From assembly GCA_008369845.1 (NCBI GenBank), contig MRSU01003204.1, positions 1 to 37,657 on the forward strand: a DNA stretch of 37,657 nucleotides, in the 5' to 3' direction. The DNA comes from Trichomonas gallinae (taxonomy: Eukaryota). The position numbers and the translations under genes are program-made. This document shows positions 33,145 to 37,657 of the stretch, one piece after another (the first letter of the stretch is position 1; every line of letters starts with the position of its first letter). The notes beneath the pieces were generated by a model. It was not told the DNA's origin. It saw only the letters and a list, made by a program, of their open reading frames with translations, and did no database searches.

Positions 33145-33798
33145 CCGTTGGTATTTTGTCACTTTTAAGTAATATTTTTGACAAGTAAATATTTTATATT
33201 TCAGATTTATTCGATGAGATTAGTAATAGTGATTTTCCATAATAGTGGTATTTGTATTGTTAATGGATCGAGAAGAGGATAATTTCATTTGTGATAATTA
33301 AATCAACCAAAACATGAAGCATTAAATAATGATGTCTGCTCACTTAAATTTTGACAAACACTTTACATTTGAACGGTTAATTGGGTGTGATGTCAACTTT
33401 ATGGAAAATGCTAAGAACAAGAAATAATAACAAATCAAAATTTCATATGAAGATTTTCCTTCATTATATTATGTTATGTCTATAAATATAACATCTACTA
33501 TCTCTAAGTGTGAATATATGAACAGGTGAATTCGTTTTTTAACGTTTTTTTCATTTGATAATTTCAAATTTCAATATAATCAAAGATTTATAAATGATAA
33601 ATAAAATTTGCTTTTGCTAATGAAAATATTGACAAATTCATGAATATAAAGCCTCAATTACCAAATTTATTGGAGATTTTGGAAATCCTAACCGTCGGAC
33701 GAAATTTGGTTAAGATAAAGAAAATAGTTATGATAAAGATAACAAAAATCTAGGAAATAACCTTTGTTTTCGTTGAATTTTTTACTATTCGTAAATAT

Positions 33799-33807
33799 GT
33801 CACTTTT
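33799..33807 (+). promoter_or_regulatory. Initiator-like element (TCACT)
   Basis: GTCACTTTT about 16 nt upstream of the Rab ATG, matching the trichomonad TCA(C/T)(T/A) Inr. Confidence 0.6.
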
Positions 33808-33815
33808 CTATTAAG

Positions 33816-34430
33816 ATGAGTAATACACAAAACAGCTACAAAGTTGTTGTTGTCGGATCATCAGGTGTTGGCAAAACAGCCATTGTCCAGCGTCTCGTTG
33901 ATGGCACATTCTGTGATGAAGGCCAGAGCACAGTTGGCGTTGAATTCAAATCACATTCAGTCACATTCGACGAAGAAGTTATGAAACTCTCGATTTGGGA
34001 TACAGCAGGACAAGAAAGATTCAGATCCGTGTCTAAAGCCTATTTCAGAAATGCCGTTGGCGCAATTCTGGTTTTTTCAATCGATGATGCACAATCATTC
34101 AGTGAACTCGACGGCTGGTTAAATGATCTTCACGCTCTTGCTACACCAAATGCTGTGATATTACTTGTTGGAAACAAGGCTGATGTTGCAGATAGAGTTG
34201 TAACAACAGCAGAAGCAGAAAATTTCTCAAAGAGGCATGGACTTGAATACTTAGAAACATCTGCTAAGGATGGTGCCAATATTACTGATACATTCGTTAG
34301 ATTAGCGCGTGCTATTAATGAAAAGGTCAAGAAAGGCGAACTTCGTGGAACATTCCAGTCCCCATCAACTTCACCAATTGGCCCAAGACCAGTTCAAGCA
34401 GTTCCATCGAAGTCTGGATGCAATTGCTAA
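33816..34430 (+). CDS. Rab family small GTPase
   Basis: GSSGVGKT, TVGVEF, IWDTAGQERFRS, GNKAD, ETSAK, C-terminal CxC prenylation motif. Confidence 0.96.
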   Translation: MSNTQNSYKVVVVGSSGVGKTAIVQRLVDGTFCDEGQSTVGVEFKSHSVTFDEEVMKLSIWDTAGQERFRSVSKAYFRNAVGAILVFSIDDAQSFSELDGWLNDLHALATPNAVILLVGNKADVADRVVTTAEAENFSKRHGLEYLETSAKDGANITDTFVRLARAINEKVKKGELRGTFQSPSTSPIGPRPVQAVPSKSGCNC

Positions 34431-34576
34431 AATACATATATTTTTACGTTTGCTTTATAAACAAAATTGATTTTTATCTCTTCTTAAATGAAGTGAAAAT
34501 ATTTAGATGATAATAAATCGCTTAGTTTATGAAATATTAAAAAAATCTTTTTTTTAATCAGATAAAAATGAGTTTT

Positions 34577-35255
34577 TTAGTCATCAAATAGGACCAAAAT
34601 AATCAGATAAAACTTTGAATTGTTTGTTAAATGATTTTGCATGAATCTGCATGAATCAATTTTTTTTTTTTGAAATGAAGCCAAATGAATAACATTTTTA
34701 CTACAAAATGTGATGGAATTATACATATTGTTAACATATATTTTAAAATTAATCGCATTTGATAAAATTGCTCTACAATTTATTGGATTCTCATCGAAAT
34801 ATACTTCTTTTAAATAGAAAATAAATTTAAAAAGATATTGATTTATTGTTGTGACAGAAGCAGGTAATCTAATTTTTGCTATTTTCGCATCAACACAAAA
34901 CGAATTATCTATGAATCTTAACATTGAGTCTGGGTCAAAATAAATATATTTCAAATACGAACAATAATCAATAGCATAAGATAAAATAAATTGAATATTT
35001 CCAGGAATTCTTAATGAAGTTATTTTAGAACCCCTTAGAGTCTGATGCCCAATTATAGTTATTAGATAAGTTTTATCGTTGTATGTGATTGTATTTGGAA
35101 TTTCAATAAGAAAATTGTTGATAAAGGATTGCGAAATGCATTGCAATTGTATTCATCATTCCATGACTGTAATTCATTGATTGGTTACAAAAGTAGCTAC
35201 TGAATCAGAAACATGAAATCGGAATAATCCAATTTCTACGATTTACCAACTACAT
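34577..35255 (-). pseudogene. BspA-like (TpLRR) gene with disrupted 5' end
   Basis: IEIPNTITYNDKTYLITIIG, ITSLRIPGNI, IRLPASVTTI. The 5' part (ATG 35255; VEIGLFRFHVSDSVATF; SWNDEYNCNAF) is broken by stops and frameshifts; track start is TTG. Confidence 0.65.
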
Positions 35256-35637
35256 TTTTGTCACTTTTCTTAACTTGTCAAAAATTATGAAAAGTGATAG
35301 TATTTTTTGACACATCAATTTTGGGTAACCAATTGAACGTTTAAAAATGAATGCAGATGATGTTCTAAATTGATTATCATATTCAATGCTCTATTACATC
35401 ATTGTTGTTGCATATTTTTATATATCTCGTAATCTTCCATTTGATATTTGATAACCATTTCATCATATGGATCAGGATTGCATTTTACTTGTTATTCTTA
35501 CTATCTTATTAATATGATGAAAGAATTTGATCCCATTTTGCAAACTATCTTATTAATACAATAGCAATTCATAATAAATCATGTTTATAACTTAAAATCG
35601 CGTGATAATTCATTTTTTCAAATCTAATAAACAAAGA

Positions 35638-35703
35638 TAACCATGTAAACCTTATAAAGAATTCCATGAAATATGAGGTCTTGAATCAAGAAAATTAACA
35701 ACT
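35638..35703 (+). repeat. 66-bp dispersed repeat, copy 2
   Basis: 62/66 identical to 23122-23187. Confidence 0.9.
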
Positions 35704-35809
35704 CTTAAGTTACTGATTTGGATAATATGTTTATAAAATGAGTATAGGAATAAAGATAGTAAATATATTATTTTATCAAACATTAATTAAAAACAATCTA
35801 TTTCATAAA

Positions 35810-37447
35810 TCACATATTTGAACCAAGTGACTTCTCAATTTTGGTCATTCTATCTTCTAATCCTTTCATCTTGCATAAAAGATCTAGGTAAATTGTGTTA
35901 ATTTGTTGACTCATTGATTCGAAACGATCATTCATAAATCTCATTAAAACTTTGGCTGTTTTCTGATTAAAATCAGATTCTTCATCTTTGTCATCAATAT
36001 CACTATAGTCGTAAGAAACATCAGATTTAACTTCTTGATCTGGTTTCTTCTTCTTTTGAGTTTGTTTCTTTGTTTTTTCGATGAATTCTGGGTCTTGTGC
36101 GTTAAATTTTGGTGAAGGCTGAATTCTTGGTAGAGTCTGTGCTATATCCTGTATTTTCTTCTCTTGTTGCTTAGTTTGAGACAAATCTGTTGATATTGGA
36201 TCAATTTTCATGAAATCTGGTTTTGCAACTTCTGTTTCTATAACATGTTCTTTATATTCTGTAAGTTTTTCCATGTTTATATTAGCATCTACGCTTTTTT
36301 CGACTGGTTGAGCAACATTTTGTCTTTTTCTTGCTATAAACTTTCTTGATGATTCTGGCTGATCTATAGATGTCTTCTCTATTGCCTCTTGTTTCATTTT
36401 ATCTATAATTGATGGCTTTTTAGTTGTTGTTTTAGTCATTGTCGTCGATGATGTTGTTTCTTCAGTGTAAACTTTTCCGGTTTCTTTTGCTTTCTTTTTG
36501 ATTGTTAATACTATGTCTGTGATGTCACCTCCTGCACGTATAGGAAGTGTTTTATCTGCTTGTATGAAAGCAAATGGACAAATCGCGCTTGTGCTTGTTC
36601 CAATTTGAATTGTTTTCTCTGGTTCTTGTTGCACGCAATAAATCGAATCATTTTGGATTCCAACAGCGAAATACTGGCACTGCTTATCGAAAACAGCAGA
36701 GAGCACAGACCCTGAGAACTGCTTGGATGCCCTAAGAGTGAAGTCTGTCTTTTCATAGATATTAAATTTACCACTTTTGAAGCCGACAGCAAAAGTATGA
36801 ACAAGTTGCGGAGAAACAGCAATGCAAAGCGGTAGATCATCTGTGATAAGCCTCTTTAGTTTATCTCTGTCTACACTTCTCGTTTGTAATTGGTCATGAA
36901 TCCAAATTCCTTTAACAGTAGTGATGATTATCCAATTTGTTGTTTCATCGTAGATTAAGTCTGTAATTGGACCATTTCCTGATGTCCAACCAGGTAAAAG
37001 TGATACTTGTGTGTCTGTATTTACAAAGTATTTGCTGATTTTACCTTTAGAATCACCACCAAAATATGCAAGCGGCTCTTCTATGCAGGCAATAGCTGTA
37101 ATCGAGTGTGTATGTCCACCATGTGAACTTATTTGAGCGATAATAGGGAAATTAGAAATGTCGTACAAAGCGATTTTGTTATCTGTATTCGAAATAACTG
37201 CATAGTTTCCATTTTGCGATAATTTGATTTTATTAAGATTGTTAAAATCTATAGTACTTGATGTTATCACTTTAGAAGTGAAATTATACTCATATATTTT
37301 GTCATTTTTTGCGACATAATACATTTTGTTCTGTTTTGGATGAACATCAATCGAAGATACTATCGCCCCATTCAAATCTATACTAACTGGAATGGCAGGA
37401 TGCGAAATATCATATATATTTATCGAGTTATCACAATACAGCAACAT
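35810..37447 (-). CDS. WD40 protein with C-terminal coiled coil, possibly NEDD1/GCP-WD-like
   Basis: WD-like repeats (GHTHSITAI, AVGFKSGKFNIY), disordered linker, terminal helix FMNDRFESMSQQINTIYLDLLCKM. First ATG 37447 (track start is TTG). Confidence 0.75.
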   Translation of the reverse strand: MLLYCDNSINIYDISHPAIPVSIDLNGAIVSSIDVHPKQNKMYYVAKNDKIYEYNFTSKVITSSTIDFNNLNKIKLSQNGNYAVISNTDNKIALYDISNFPIIAQISSHGGHTHSITAIACIEEPLAYFGGDSKGKISKYFVNTDTQVSLLPGWTSGNGPITDLIYDETTNWIIITTVKGIWIHDQLQTRSVDRDKLKRLITDDLPLCIAVSPQLVHTFAVGFKSGKFNIYEKTDFTLRASKQFSGSVLSAVFDKQCQYFAVGIQNDSIYCVQQEPEKTIQIGTSTSAICPFAFIQADKTLPIRAGGDITDIVLTIKKKAKETGKVYTEETTSSTTMTKTTTKKPSIIDKMKQEAIEKTSIDQPESSRKFIARKRQNVAQPVEKSVDANINMEKLTEYKEHVIETEVAKPDFMKIDPISTDLSQTKQQEKKIQDIAQTLPRIQPSPKFNAQDPEFIEKTKKQTQKKKKPDQEVKSDVSYDYSDIDDKDEESDFNQKTAKVLMRFMNDRFESMSQQINTIYLDLLCKMKGLEDRMTKIEKSLGSNM

Positions 37448-37657
37448 TTTTAAACGTGCACCAAAATCTTTACATGTCAAAATGTCAAATATGATTTTTT
37501 TTGAAAAAATTTTCTAGTATCTTTGCATTGGTATATTAAAAATCGTTTCCAATATCAAATGCTGATTTAGTATTTCCTAGACTAGGGATGCAAATTCGGA
37601 AGATATTCTGGAAATTTCCCAAACTCCATTTTCCCAATCTTCCAGGCAAAAATAACC

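Noticed and set aside
35350..35550. Coding-like minus-strand stretch (KCNPDPYDEMVIKYQMEDY)
   Set aside because: Too short and disrupted to assign.
1052..36840. Many 60-145 aa ORFs overlapping larger genes (e.g. 1052, 4503, 6598, 8342, 14296, 14674, 18602, 28820, 30972, 36511)
   Set aside because: Shadow frames of well-supported genes with no independent evidence.
5316..37480. TTG/GTG starts in the ORF track (7058, 10086, 17799, 26409, 28387, 33162, 37480)
   Set aside because: Each has an in-frame ATG a few codons downstream giving a complete protein, and several fall inside TGACA promoter motifs, unlike the SPRY pair.
1..37657. tRNA, rRNA, intact transposase or Maverick genes, stop-codon reassignment
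   Set aside because: No such motifs seen; intact genes end in TAA, TAG and TGA, and the pseudogenes also carry frameshifts.

Overview
AT-rich, gene-dense, apparently intronless eukaryotic DNA in the standard genetic code. It is most consistent with Trichomonas vaginalis or a close parabasalid relative. This is inferred from TCA(C/T)T initiator-like elements near ATGs, recurrent AAAGTGAC(A) motifs, and expanded families typical of trichomonads (Gly-rich, Pmp-like, BspA-like, Myb, Rab, CK1/DYRK kinases). The window holds about 24 apparently intact genes, including CDC50, R2R3-Myb, an RRM protein, an eS19-like paralogue, a DYRK/Yak1-like kinase, CK1, a Qb-SNARE-like protein, TRM7, Rab, a NEDD1-like WD40 protein and a FAM227-like protein. 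It also contains a bacterial-type M12B metalloprotease and several pseudogenes (Gly-rich paralogue, CBM+M60-like peptidase, BspA-like, WD40 relic). The most interesting observations are: (i) two tandem SPRY genes whose conserved frames begin at TTG/CTG, 44 codons before the first ATG; (ii) a Cys-x-Thr plus short hydrophobic C-terminal tail shared by unrelated families; (iii) arrays and dyads of TGACA-based motifs in promoters; (iv) an overlapping double hairpin upstream of a CUE-Smr-discoidin gene; (v) a probably catalytically dead NYN protein; (vi) a 66-bp dispersed repeat. All family assignments come from motifs read by eye; no database searches were run.
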